DNA from: Lepidodermella squamata
Taxonomy: Eukaryota; Animalia; Gastrotricha
NCBI GenBank assembly: GCA_047495785.1
Contig: JBLDXI010000021.1
Location: 1,302,001-1,366,000, forward strand
DNA: 64,000 nucleotides
Direction: 5' to 3'
The notes beneath the pieces are model-generated. The model saw nothing but the letters and a program-made list of their open reading frames with translations, was not told where the DNA came from and ran no database searches. Each line of letters starts with the position of its first letter. The stretch's first letter is position 1. A program made the translations under genes and the position numbers. Below, one piece after another: positions 48,804 through 60,740 of this stretch.

Positions 48804-51742
48804 ATGGGCGGACGTGCTTCGAAGTCGCCGCCTCCTCGCAACTTGGAGGAGGAGCCGGAGGTTGAGACGAAGATCAACCCAGAAAGCAGCCGAATTCTCA
48901 GCAGTGGTTACAATTTAGTCCAATTTCTGCCAGAAATAGCCAAACTCGTACGAAAATATTGCAGAAATGGTTTTTTTTCTAAAATCACTTCTTCAGATTG
49001 CGCTTCAAAAAGCAGAAAAGTCGCAATTTGCCGAAAATATGAAGAAAAATTTGGTTGAGGCAGATCAAGTCATCAATACCGTCGTTCCATCAGGAGATTA
49101 TTCTGGCCTCATGCTAATTCACATAATCGCGTTATACGGCATCGATGACGAAGAATCGGGCAAAATCATCATCCAATTAACAAGAGACATCAACGTCCAG
49201 GTATGCCTGATGATGATGACTGGGGCCAAATTTATTGTCCCATTTTAGGTGAAGCCCGAGGAGAAGCATACGGGTGGTTCAGCCCTGCATCTTTGCGCTC
49301 TGACGAACAACTCGGCCATTCTCACGAAAATTTTGATGCTTAGAACCGATGCAATTATCGATCAAAGAGACTCGCATGGTTTCACACCGCTGCACCGAGC
49401 CGTTTTCTCCGGGTCGACAGCTGTTGGCCGGTTGATAATAAGGCGATATCCCGAACTAGCTGATCAAACGGTATCGAACGATATTGAGCAATCTGGGGCG
49501 TTGGCTGGCATGAATTGCCTGCATTTAGCCGTAGTAGCCGCGCTTAACATGACCTCAAAGCAACGAGAACCTCTCTATCATCTTGTCGATTTTTTAATTA
49601 AACAAGGTCAGAACAAAAAAATCCATATGCTCTATCTAATATTTTACGCCTAGGTTGTGATGTTAATGGTAGGGATGGCAATGGTGGAGCCACCCCAATC
49701 CATATTGCAGCTTCAAGGGGTGTTAACGACCTCCTATACCTGATGCTCAACAGCCGCGATGTAAAAGATTCGATTGATGATGCTGCAGGTAAAACTGAAA
49801 AACCTTTTTTCGCTGCGACTTTTATGACCGCATTTCGAAGGTTTAAATGCTCTGCATGTCGCTGCCATTTCAAACCAAATTATACCGATAAACATGCTGC
49901 TGATGCGAGGATTCGATGTCAATACGGTAATTCTTAACAGCCTTGATTATTTCGTTAAAAATCGCATTTTTAACAGCGAGGAGCCAGAGGGGAGACTCCG
50001 TTAATGGCTGCGGCGATGGCGAATAGTCTTGAAGCCATCAGGCATCTGATTGAGAAGGGAGGCAATGCGAGCTTAACCGACAATACGGGAGCGACAGCTC
50101 TGCATTACGCAGCAGCAACAGCCTCTCCAGACGCCTGTTTCGAAGTCCTAAATCTAAGCGAACTTGAGGTGAATGCAATAGACCAGAACGGCGGCACTGC
50201 TTTACACACCCTCGCGCTTCGTTACACGTCCCTACCACCTGAAGCTGCGTTGAAAACTTGCCAGATTTTGGTCGATTTTGCGATTGATATCAATATTGTC
50301 GATCACTTTGGCAACCGCGCCTACAAATACATCCCGGCCGATGATAAAGAAGCTCAAGCTGTTTTCGGACGATCTCATTTGTACAACTATGACAACTTCC
50401 ACGATCGGGCTTTGGAAGATGACGAGCAAGTCCGTTTACCGGTTGGTTTGCCCAGGTTGCCGGTCTCTAGGTAAGACTTGTTGATACATAATCATCCTAA
50501 ACTTGTGAGTTTGTTTAAAGAAACTGGCTGCAAGAGATGGTTAAATCTTACGGTCCTGCAGCAGAGGTGGAGTATAAGAAGGAGTTCGAAAAGCGTCTCT
50601 ACTACTTCCCCGGCGAACCGCGAAGAACGCCACCCCTGGAGAGGGACCCTGACTGGTGGCCGAGTGAGACGACATTCCCATATACGGAAGCTAACAAGAT
50701 TCTAGCTGACCGACAGGACGTTGGCCCCCGCCATCCTGCCGCTATTATTCCTCTGGGACCTGATCCTCTTGTGGAAAAGTTTGACAGAATCAAGCCTGAG
50801 CTTGACGAGTATGGTAACATCGTTCTGAAACCGTACCAACGCCGCGAAGACCGAAGCAATGTTCTGCCGACGCGAGTTAGGCCTAACAGACCTGCCTTGG
50901 AGGTTTACAAGCCAGACATGTTGAAGCGGAATTACGCGGACGAAATTCTGGATCAGCAAAATGCAGAGGAGCAGGCTCGATTTGACTGGGAACGTGACCA
51001 CAAGTGGTGGATGCGTAATGATTTCAGGAACAACGTCGATCGCATGCCTGCCAGTAAACGGCCGGGTTACATTCCAGGATACACGAAGGAAGACATGCTG
51101 TATCAAACTGACATTGAATTTCCGCCCGATGTTGATATCAGGAAATACACGACTGACGCCCCGGTTAATCGCACCCCGGAGGAATGGGTGAGGCAGGTGG
51201 ACGAGAAAGCTGCAAAGATCCGCCGACCTCCTACAACCAACAGGGCGAAAGAGGAGGATCCGAATGATCCTAACAACATCAAGTTTGAGGACAAATGGGA
51301 CCCTAATAGGAGACCACCACCCCCGCCGCGGCAACAGGAAGTTGAAATTCCATTGACAACAACGCTCTACGCGCCTGATGGCCAACCCGTCTCAGTTGTC
51401 GCCCTACGTGATGGACGCCCTGAAGTCAGACGAATCATCGACCCAATGAGCGGTCAGCCGATTCAGGTCGTTGAAGGACCGGGTGGGCAAGCATTGCGTG
51501 TGTATGAAGCACCGAATGGTCTTCCTGTGATAATTTCAGACGCTAACAACCAGGCTTCGATTGTGATTGGGCCTGATGGTGATGCTGTTCGAATCAATAG
51601 GCCCAGTAACGGGAGAGCATCTGCTGCTACTAGTTCTATCGTCAGCGCAAGACTTGGAACGCCTACCCCTAGGAACAAGGAGGAGCAGCCGACCAGACTT
51701 GCTCCCGATCACCAGCAGGCTGCAGCTCAGGGATACTACTAA
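48804..51742 (+). CDS. Ankyrin-repeat protein with N-myristoylation motif and a long Pro/charged C-terminal region
   Basis: MGGRASK start. Ankyrin cores GGSALHLC, GFTPLHRA, GMNCLHLA, GATPIHIA, GETPLMAA, GATALHYA, GGTALHTL across short introns; terminal exon ~50520-51742. Confidence 0.8.
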
Positions 51743-51866
51743 ACATAGCCCTTCTCATCCTACCATGCACTTTCAATAAAGAGTGGTTTTTTCAATCACA
51801 ATCATTTTATTCACTGGGATGTGTAAAATCAGCGGTTTCGTTCATCATAATTGGGTTAAAACTTGA

Positions 51867-54144
51867 TCATTGAGGCTGGACGACAGGTGAAATGACAGGC
51901 TGATTAATAACTTGGCCAGCAGCAACAGGAGCAGCATAGCTGTAAACTTGGGTAGCACCTTGAGTCGGGTAAACCGGGGCAGCAACAGGAGTAGCGTAAT
52001 TGTAAACTAGGGTAGCACCTTGAGTTGGGTAGACCGGGGCAGCAATCACCTGAGGCGCCCGACATTGACTTTTCCAGATTCCGTAGAAAAAATACAGCAC
52101 GAATCCGAGGAACATCCACCCAGCAAACCTCACCCACGTCGGCGCATCGAGCGAAACTAGCAGGTAGAAGTTGACAGTTAGGGCTAGCACCGGGATGAAA
52201 GGCGAGAGGGGCACTTTGAACGTCTTGAAGTGCAAATTCTGCGGCAGAAGCCACAGCCTGAACGTAAATACCGTTGCAATAAGGCCGAAAAACACAATCA
52301 GCACCAACGGCCAGAAATCACCGGGCCAAGATACTACCGTTGTCTGAATCATCAGGAACAACACACTCATGAAAACGGCAACCATGACCAGCATAGAGAC
52401 TAAGGTTGCAAGGAGGGATGTGAAAGGTGTAGCTACTTCGCCGTATCTTTTGAAGTTGACGATTCCAATCAGCAATTCCAGCTTCGTTGGCCAACCTTCA
52501 TGGCGGCCTGCAGTAAGCTGGACAGTATCAGAAGTAGACACAGATGCTTCATTCACAGGATTCTGATCATCGCCATCATCTGTATCAATGAAATGAGCCC
52601 TATACCGAAGAACTAGGACCGAAGCTGCTACTAACGAATATGCACAAAGTGTTCCTATTGAGAGCATGTTAACCAAAGCATTCACATCGAATATCGCGGC
52701 GAAAAATGCTGTCATCAAGCCGGAAATCATCGTGGCGATGAAAGGCGTTTTCAGTCTGCGGTCTATGCGACCGAGAAAGGAGAACAACAAACCGTCTTCT
52801 GACATGGCGTAAATGATGCGAGGCATCGGAAACATGAGGCCTAGCGCGTTAGTAACCACGCCCAGTAGAGCAGCACCGGCTATGGTAGGTGCGCCCCCTG
52901 GCACCTTAGCTAACAGGTTGAACGGCTCTAGGGCGTAATAAGGCGTATTCATCGTGAAGACAATGGACATTCCGACGTAGCAAACCGTGCAGAGCCCCAG
53001 TGATAGGACGATACTCAGCGGGATGTTACGCTGCGGTTTGTAGACCTCCTCGCCGGTGGTTGCAATGCAATCGAATCCAATGAAAGCGTAGAAGGCCATC
53101 GAAGCGGCTGTCATCACTCCACCAAAGCCGTACGGCATGAAACCTCCTGTCCCAAAACTGGTTACGTTAGCGGCTTGAGCGGCTTCTTGAGCTTGCTCGG
53201 CGCTAATGCTCCAGAGAGATGTATCGATGTAGAATGGGCCAACGATGATGATGTAAGCTGTCACGCCTACGTTGAGCAAGACGAGGAAATTGTTGAGCGT
53301 AGTTGATTCCTTTACACCAATCGCCAGTAAAACTGTTAACCAAGAATTAAGATAGGTGAAACATATCACCGAATTAATCAACCTGTTAGGACGAAAACGA
53401 TCCCAAACGCAAGAGGATCAAAATAGGCCCCCAAATAAGGTAGCCCGATCGGGAGATACTTGGTGAAGGTAGTGCTTAAAACTCCGTTTGCGAGAACATC
53501 GATGTACGTCACAGCAGCACGAGCGACGCTAGCAGCTCCAATAACGTATTCCTAAGATTTCGAAAAGAAATTAAGGATAAGTATGTTTGATTCATAATAA
53601 TGAAGCGTACCAAGATCATATTCCAGCCGACGATAAATGCCCAAAGTTCTCCGACTGATACGTAGGTGTAAACGTAAGCTGATCCGGCTCGCGGCAATCG
53701 TGCACCCATCTCAGCGTAACAGAGACCGGAAAAAAGCGCTGCAATACCAGCTATGATAAAGGACAGGAACATTGCCGGGCCACTCTGGAAATTTAAAATG
53801 AGGTTTCAGTCAATTTTTCCTATCTTCCTGACTTACATGCAACCTGCCTGCGTCAGGAGCTGGTTTCAGAATAAAAATTGATTACTAGGTTTGGGCGGTG
53901 AGTTTGAAAATTTACCTACAACCTATAAATAAAATAAGACAGAATTATTGGTTGAAACTTTGCGACTGATCATTGATCTTACGTAGATTCCAGCCCCCAA
54001 CATTGAGCCGGTTCCCAGACATGTTAATTCAATCAGGCCCAAGCATCGCTCCAGAGCTGTATCTCCCAGATGATTGACTTCGAATTTCTTCTTTCGAATA
54101 AGCCAAGCTGGAGTGAAACTCCGCCAATTCATGTTGAGAGGCAT
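51867..54144 (-). CDS. Cationic amino acid transporter (SLC7A1-4/CAT family)
   Basis: [97 protein letters not shown]. Confidence 0.93.
51918..52045 (-). repeat. 60-nt coding tandem repeat (~2.1 copies) in the C-terminal tail of the CAT transporter
   Basis: [20 protein letters not shown] / [20 protein letters not shown]. Confidence 0.9.
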
Positions 54145-54878
54145 TCTTTCACCGGGAGATCCCTCTTCAGCCTTGAGTGACTAAAACTTTCCACTATGTG
54201 TAAAGAAAATCTAGGTGAAATATAGGCTTATCGTATGTATGTGCTTTAGTAGCATGAAAACCAAGGCAAAAAACTGAGCTATATTAATACATGTTTGACG
54301 GTATTGAGATACGCCTTTTTAACAATATGCAGGCATGCCGGCGTATTTGTTTGTTTGCATGGTTACTATCATTCAGGTGCGTATGGGGCTCTATGATAAT
54401 GGGTTTCCTTTACCACAGAGATTGCAAAATAACTAGACTAGAAACTTGAGCACAATCTATTGCGGTGGCGTTCCGTTGTCCTTTCTCAGAGGGCCACTTA
54501 TGGTGTGCCAACGCCACATATTTGAGAACACACCTGCATCTTGGTGTCAGCTGCTTTATGAGCTCAAGTTATTTAGAGCTTCAATGTTGAAATTCAAAGA
54601 TTGAGTTCGAACGGAAAATTCAGCAAGAGAAAATTAGGAATTTGAACGAAAAATCATGATTTTGTCGATCGCAGAGGATTTCCAGCACCGCTTCATAGTA
54701 TAAGTACAATTTTTCGGTGTGATTCTATTCAAAATATCTCAATAATGGTTGTCAATGAGAAATGTTCAGTACTAATGCAGTCTTTTGCATTTTTTACCTG
54801 CACCGCATTCAGTAGTTTGGCTGTAGCTTTTCTATAGAAAGTAGCTGCCTTAGTTTCGTATCGCAATTTTTTCGAAAA

Positions 54879-55532
54879 ATGAACGATCAGGAAAAGAGAG
54901 CTGATTATGTAGCTAATCTTATGTCAATGCGACCTCTTCGTGAGCGAGTAAGGCCTACGAAAGCCCGACCTGATTACTACGAGACCAGAAAATTAGCTAG
55001 AGGTAACTTCGCCAACGATCTCGGCTACCTCTATCGAGATAAATACGTCCTCGACGGGCGGAGGGACCCCGAATTCGCCGCCTTAATCACCCGCCCGCCG
55101 ACCCAGGGCGGTTTCCACAAAAGCTACGGCACTTCAGACCTCCTCGGACCCCCGACTACTGAGCGTGGGGTCGAGGCGATACAAGCGCGGAAATTGAACC
55201 TTCGCCACGAAGATCAGCAGTTGTCTATCAGTGATAAAAAAGCCGACTACGTTGCTAATCTCATTTCAATGCGGCCCCTGCGTGAACGTGTTAAGCCAAC
55301 CATAGCCCGGTCGGATTACTACGAAACTCGAAAATTGGCTCGTGGCAACTTCGCCAACGATTTGGGCTACCTTTACCGCGATAAATACGTCCTGGAAGGC
55401 AGGCGGGATCCAGACAATCAGCAGCTCATGGTGAGACCGTGGACTAAGAACGGCTTCCACAACCTGTATGGCACAGGCGATTTGTACGGCCTGCCCTCGA
55501 TAGAGCGAGGCGATCCGAGAGAAAAATTCTGA
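54879..55532 (+). CDS. Intronless orphan protein made of two 114-aa-period repeats
   Basis: K6-G97 repeats as K120-G211. The core DYYETRKLARGNFANDLGYLYRDKYVL is identical in protein while many third positions differ. Confidence 0.8.
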   Translation: MNDQEKRADYVANLMSMRPLRERVRPTKARPDYYETRKLARGNFANDLGYLYRDKYVLDGRRDPEFAALITRPPTQGGFHKSYGTSDLLGPPTTERGVEAIQARKLNLRHEDQQLSISDKKADYVANLISMRPLRERVKPTIARSDYYETRKLARGNFANDLGYLYRDKYVLEGRRDPDNQQLMVRPWTKNGFHNLYGTGDLYGLPSIERGDPREKF

Positions 55533-56181
55533 CCAGCCATTTTGACGATTCAGTTTTATTTTACCATTATATAACATAACAATTATAACATTTTTATCAG
55601 GTGCGTCTAACACTCTACTACCGAAATTAAAGCGCAAGGCAATATTAAGGTGGCTGTGGTTCATTACAATAAAAAGTCGAGGAATGTGTTCTGATCTATC
55701 GCGAGAGTAAGAAAATGAATGTTCCTTTTCCCGAAAGATAGGTAAAAGTATAAAAATTACAACCCTTTTGGCAGCTCAAAAAAGAAACGTGCTACAATTA
55801 AAACCAAAGCTGCAGCTTATTTTCTCATCTTTGGCATGCAGGCAGAGAATAGGAAGCTCTGGGTGTAAAAAACAACCGTCAGAATCACAAATAATATAAG
55901 TATGCATACGTTAACTAAAAGCAGCAGCAGTTTACCATGTAATGTTATATCGCGAGTAATATAGCTTCGATTTAAGGTGGCTTGACGCGAGAATACTAGG
56001 AGATGACTGGAAATGCGGAATTCGATGAGCAAACAAATCAAGCGCTTTCAACAACTCAACTACCAGTGAAGCAACTCTCGAAATACATAGCAAAAAACGA
56101 AGACAAGAATGATGAAGAAAATATGGTATTATCATTATAGGTACAAAAATTGCAACAAATTCTCTCGATTTTTCTCGGCAA

Positions 56182-59100
56182 CTAGTTGGAAGATTCATCG
56201 TGGTCAAACTCGCCCAGGGCCTCGGCCGGTCGAATCCGCGGCTTTCGAGCAGGCGGCATAGGCGGCAGGCGAACCGACGGTTGTTGCCCGTTCTGAGGCG
56301 CCTGGTAAATCGGCTTTTTCGTCGGCGGTTTCATGCGCCACTGAATGACAGGGCGGTTGCCGGTCAGGCGCGAGTATTTCGTCGAAGCAACGTAGCAAGA
56401 CTTGACCGTTAGAACGACAGCTTCCATCAGATTTCGAGCCGCCTGGATCAACGACGTCGCAGATTCGAGCGAGTGGTGAGCAGCCAACTCGCCGCTGATA
56501 TTTTCCACATCCGCCTTAACTTTACTGCAAATACTCAATTGATGGCAGTGAAGCGTGATTCGCTGTAAATACGCGAATAAATCTTTTTTCGTTATCGAAT
56601 CAGGGCACTGGTCGCCGACTGATGTCGCCAGCTTGTCTAGCCGCTGGCCCAAGTCCGAAATTCGACGCGCTGCTTGGATAACGTCCATTACAGTGCGAAG
56701 CGGGCCGCGATTTCTCGTGAAATCCGTCATCTCCATCATAATAGCACACATTTGCTTCGACAGCTGAATCAACTCGTTGCCCGCTTCGTCCCATTTGCCG
56801 ACCTCCTTGTTGAAGCGCATTCGTTCCTGCCGGAAATACTCGATTTGCTCGCGAATTTGTTCACGCTGCTCAGCCGACCACGCCATGACCATTTGCTCAC
56901 GCTCGGACGGACCCTGAGCCGAGGTGTCTCGGGCGGTTGATTCGCGAACTAAATCCTCCTGTTCGGCGGTAAAACGGCTCGACGCTCGACTCGACGATTG
57001 CGGGTTCAGTTGCGGTGCCGGGTCGAACATCATGTCAACCATCGATTCAGACGGCTGTAACTGCGGCGCCATTTGGCTGGTTAGCATCATATCTGGCGGT
57101 GGGCCTAGAATCCGGCAGGCATCGGCGGAGGCTTCGTACAACTGCCTCGCCGAGTCGACAACCGCATTTTCGTCCAGCTGGTCGAGTTGACCCGATGCCA
57201 GCGCTTTCATCGCAGCACTGGCGATTTGCAGGAAAGCAGGCAGGGCGACATCGTTAAGCTGGGCGGCCGATGCCCTGAGACGGTCGGCTAGCGGGTCGCC
57301 GGGTGGTAAGCTATCTGCGTAGGCGTTCAGCCGCTGGCAAAGGCGTAACACCCTGGCCCTGACCAGCGCAACGCTTTGCTCGAAAGCAGCCGCGTCGCCT
57401 TGTTGCAAGAAAGCAACGCATTTGTTCACGTCCTCCAAAACATGATCTTCGCAAATCGCGAAAAAATCGTCGACGGCCGTCAGCGCGTCAATGCCGCCCA
57501 TCAACACGAAAACCCCGTCCAGCCATGCGCCTTTAAATGTTTCAGCGCAGTCGATGGCTTGGTTCGACTGGGGCCGGTAGCCCAGCAGACGGGCGACCGG
57601 CGGCATCAGATGAGCGAGGTCGTAGATTTGGGCGACGGACATAGCGACAGCGCGGATGGTTCGGTCGTCCGACGAAATTGCGCAGGACATGCGCGATACA
57701 GCCAGCATTTGAGCTGCATGCTCTTTAAACATAGATGCGTAACGCTCGACTGCTGCCGTATCGCCTTGCTGGGCGGCTGACATAAGCGCTAACAAAGGAG
57801 CAGCTGGGTCGACAAAACAGTCAGAAACGTTATCAGTAACAGCTCGTCGAAGCTGGAAAAATGATCACTTAGTTTAAAGCCTCCTTAAAAAAATCATCAA
57901 ATTAACTTACATGAACCCGCAAATTGCTCATTTTCTGCAACAAATTGTCCATGCAACGAGGAATCGCATCGCTGGGACGTCCAGTAGCCACACTCACAGC
58001 GTATTCTCGTAAAATATCCTGTAACGCCTGGCGCATCATGTTACACTCGTTAACAATTTGCTGGCGATGTTCTTCGCGAGTGCAGTGTGAATCGGCGATA
58101 TGGGCAGCACCTGAAACAACTGACTCGAGTCGGGCCTCGAAAAACGGACGCATTCTAGCTTCGTCGTAAGTCAGTGGGTCGATGGTGATTTGTTGCAGAA
58201 ATTCGTCAACGTCGATTTCTAGATCGCCAACGCCGGCCGGCCCGCTTCGAAGTTGCGGCGCCAGGTTAGCCGGCCGTTGGGCGATTTTCCCGCTAGCCGC
58301 CAAAGCCATGCGAATTAACGCATCGTCTATCGCAGCTACAGCGGAATCTCTCGCTTCGGCTGATTCTCTCACGTCAGGATGACGGATATGCGCCTGTAAA
58401 TCACCCGCAACGTTATAAAAGTTTTTTAATCAGAATTTTTCTTTTACTTTTCCGGCTGCAAGCATCAACTCAATGCTCCGTTTCAAATCAAGTCGTGCTG
58501 CCGAAAGCTCGTCCTTACTTCTCACATCCATCAAGTCAGCAGTCCTAGCAGCCGCTAGTACGTCGGTGTGTTGCCATATGTTAGTCACATCAGCCACATT
58601 TTTGGCATATAGACCTTGGTTATCACCACTTGCCAACAGGTTGTGAATATGCTCGCGCAGCTTAATGAGCAATAAAATTGTTATCTTAAAGGCTAATTAG
58701 CATAATAAAACGACGTTAACGTACCACTTGGTGAATGTGCCCTAACTCAGCCAAGTCGAGGGAGTCGGCCGCAGCTAATAGGCGAGCAACGGCGAAAAGC
58801 AGTTGTCGGGCAGTAACGGAAACTGCAGTGCGTGATTCAGGCGAAAGAGGGTGGCTAATCGACAGTAAGAAAATTATATAGGTAGATATTTAATTATCAA
58901 GCGAAATTGCCTCTAACCTGCACATAAATTCAACTGATTGATGGAGACCAACGCCGGCCTCTCGAACGTTCTGAATAGCAGCGGTTAGTTCATTATGCAG
59001 CTCGTGGTTTGAAGCAAAAAGATGACTCTTCTCTTCGAAGCAATACTCCATTTGTCGAGCGAGATTATCCACAGATGAGTCTATCGCCTCGAGTGTGGTT

Positions 59101-59327
59101 TTAACCTTTTTCGAACAGCCCTTCTTCAGTTGCGATAGCGTTTCTGCATCTTTACATTGATCCAAAATCGTGACACTTTGTATAAGTGGCGAGAGGGCAT
59201 GCTCTGCGGTGAGAGTGACACAGTTTTTCAGCGCATCTGTAAATCTAGCACTTGATGATTTGAGCGGTTGCATCGGCAAAGGACGCCCATTGGTGCTCGC
59301 CCGCAGATTGCCGCGAGACTGCAGCAT
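56182..59327 (-). CDS. CTNNA: Alpha-catenin (divergent N-terminal and middle domains)
   Basis: Actin-binding domain KWDEAGNELIQLSKQMC.IMMEMTDFTR.RGPL...CPDS.TKKDL.AYLQRI...LIQAARNLMEAVVLTVK..YVASTKY; RRAVTDNVSDCF; CEDHVLEDVNKCV. Confidence 0.92.
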
Positions 59328-59500
59328 AGCAGAAAACACACGGCAATTTAAAAATGGGCCTATTAAAAAAATACAAGTTGGATAATATGATGACGTAATC
59401 AATCGGTCGACTATGACGCTAATTCAATTTCTCGCAGCGTTGACAAGCAAATGCGTTAAATCGCAACAATCAGAGTGAAAGCCAGGAATATTATTTCGAT

Positions 59501-59970
59501 TTACTGCTTGAGAGCTTCAGCTAGATGCGATTTAAGACGATCGTGTAACTGGGGTATTTGGCTGATGTGTTTGCCAATGACATCGGCGGCACACTTTTCC
59601 AAGTCTTCGTGTGCTTTGTTCTTTGCCGCCGAGGAGCCTGAGGTCAAAGCGTCACGTAGACGATCTTGGCAATCCATGGCTCCGCGTTGCATTCGGTTTT
59701 GAAAGTTTTCTAATTCATGATGCAAGTATTCGTTGGATCTGGCAAGTGGTTGCTGGCATCTTTCGATGCAATCCTGTAGATGTTGAGCAGATAACTTGTC
59801 GTTCTCTGCACACTTGATACCACATTTGAAGAAAGTAACCTAAAGAACAAATTGCTAAACAATTAGTCCTATTTCACCATCCTAACCTGCATTTTACGAA
59901 TATATTGTCTATCAAGCGACTCCATCATTGACTCAACTTCACTCTGCATCTTGCGCTGTTGCTCTTCCAT
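59501..59970 (-). CDS. FAM136A: Protein FAM136A (1 intron)
   Basis: MEEQQRKMQSEV...LDRQYIRKMQ|VTFFKCGIKC...CIERCQQPL...ELENFQNRMQRGAMDCQD...LEKCA, with paired CX3C motifs. Confidence 0.9.
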
Positions 59971-60740
59971 TATTTTCGATTAAGTACTTCGATCAAAAAT
60001 AAAGATTTTAAAACCTTAAACACAAAAGATAGCTGCAAGTACCATATACAGTATTCAGTATTCGATATTTGACCTCAAAGCTTGAAATAATAAACAGCTC
60101 AAAAGAGATGACATGTTTTGAAATTGACGGGTAATATTCATCATAAAAAGGAAGTCGGGTAAAGGGGATACCGGACAGCAGATGATCACGACGTCTTGGA
60201 ACTTACCTCAGAGTTCAGAGCATCTTGAATGTTGAATAAAGGTTGTGAAAAGATACTAACGCCGGCAAACTGTCTCTGCCATGAATGCCAGCAAGAAGAC
60301 AGATGACCCAAAGGAGACGTTCTGCAGCCGAAACTCGACGAGAAAACGTTTTTGCCGCAGAAAAACAAACTGTAAAAAAACGCGGTTTCTTTTTTATGAA
60401 CTAATTTATCACGATTCATTCATTCATCAAAAAAATTACTGCTTTTTTACAATAATCAACTTTTAACTTTTCAACCGGGAATTTCAAAAAGTGTTTGCAT
60501 TTTTTGGCATCCGTAATCTATTTTTCTAATTTATTTTTCTACTCCTTTGTGCCACTTGGCCCGTGTAAAACATCGCTACAGCGGTGACTCGGGTGCTAAA
60601 CTCTCACTCAAACTGATGCCCAAGCATATCGTCGGGCAACTGGCGATTGGGCTTATAAATCCATCCATCCATCCATTCTGGCTCGTCTGAGGTCAAATGT
60701 CAAATGTCAAGTCTCTGCATGGCTTGTTTCTTAGCCTTCT

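Noticed and set aside
50602-51678. Antisense ORFs (e.g. 227 aa at 50702-51385) and similar shadows over alpha-catenin and the LINEs
   Set aside because: They overlap well-supported genes on the other strand and lack independent motifs.
2903-54144. Idea that START, SLC5, SLC7, ImpL2-like and SGNH genes form one co-regulated nutrient-handling cluster
   Set aside because: Only proximity supports it; unrelated genes are interspersed and I saw no shared regulatory motif.
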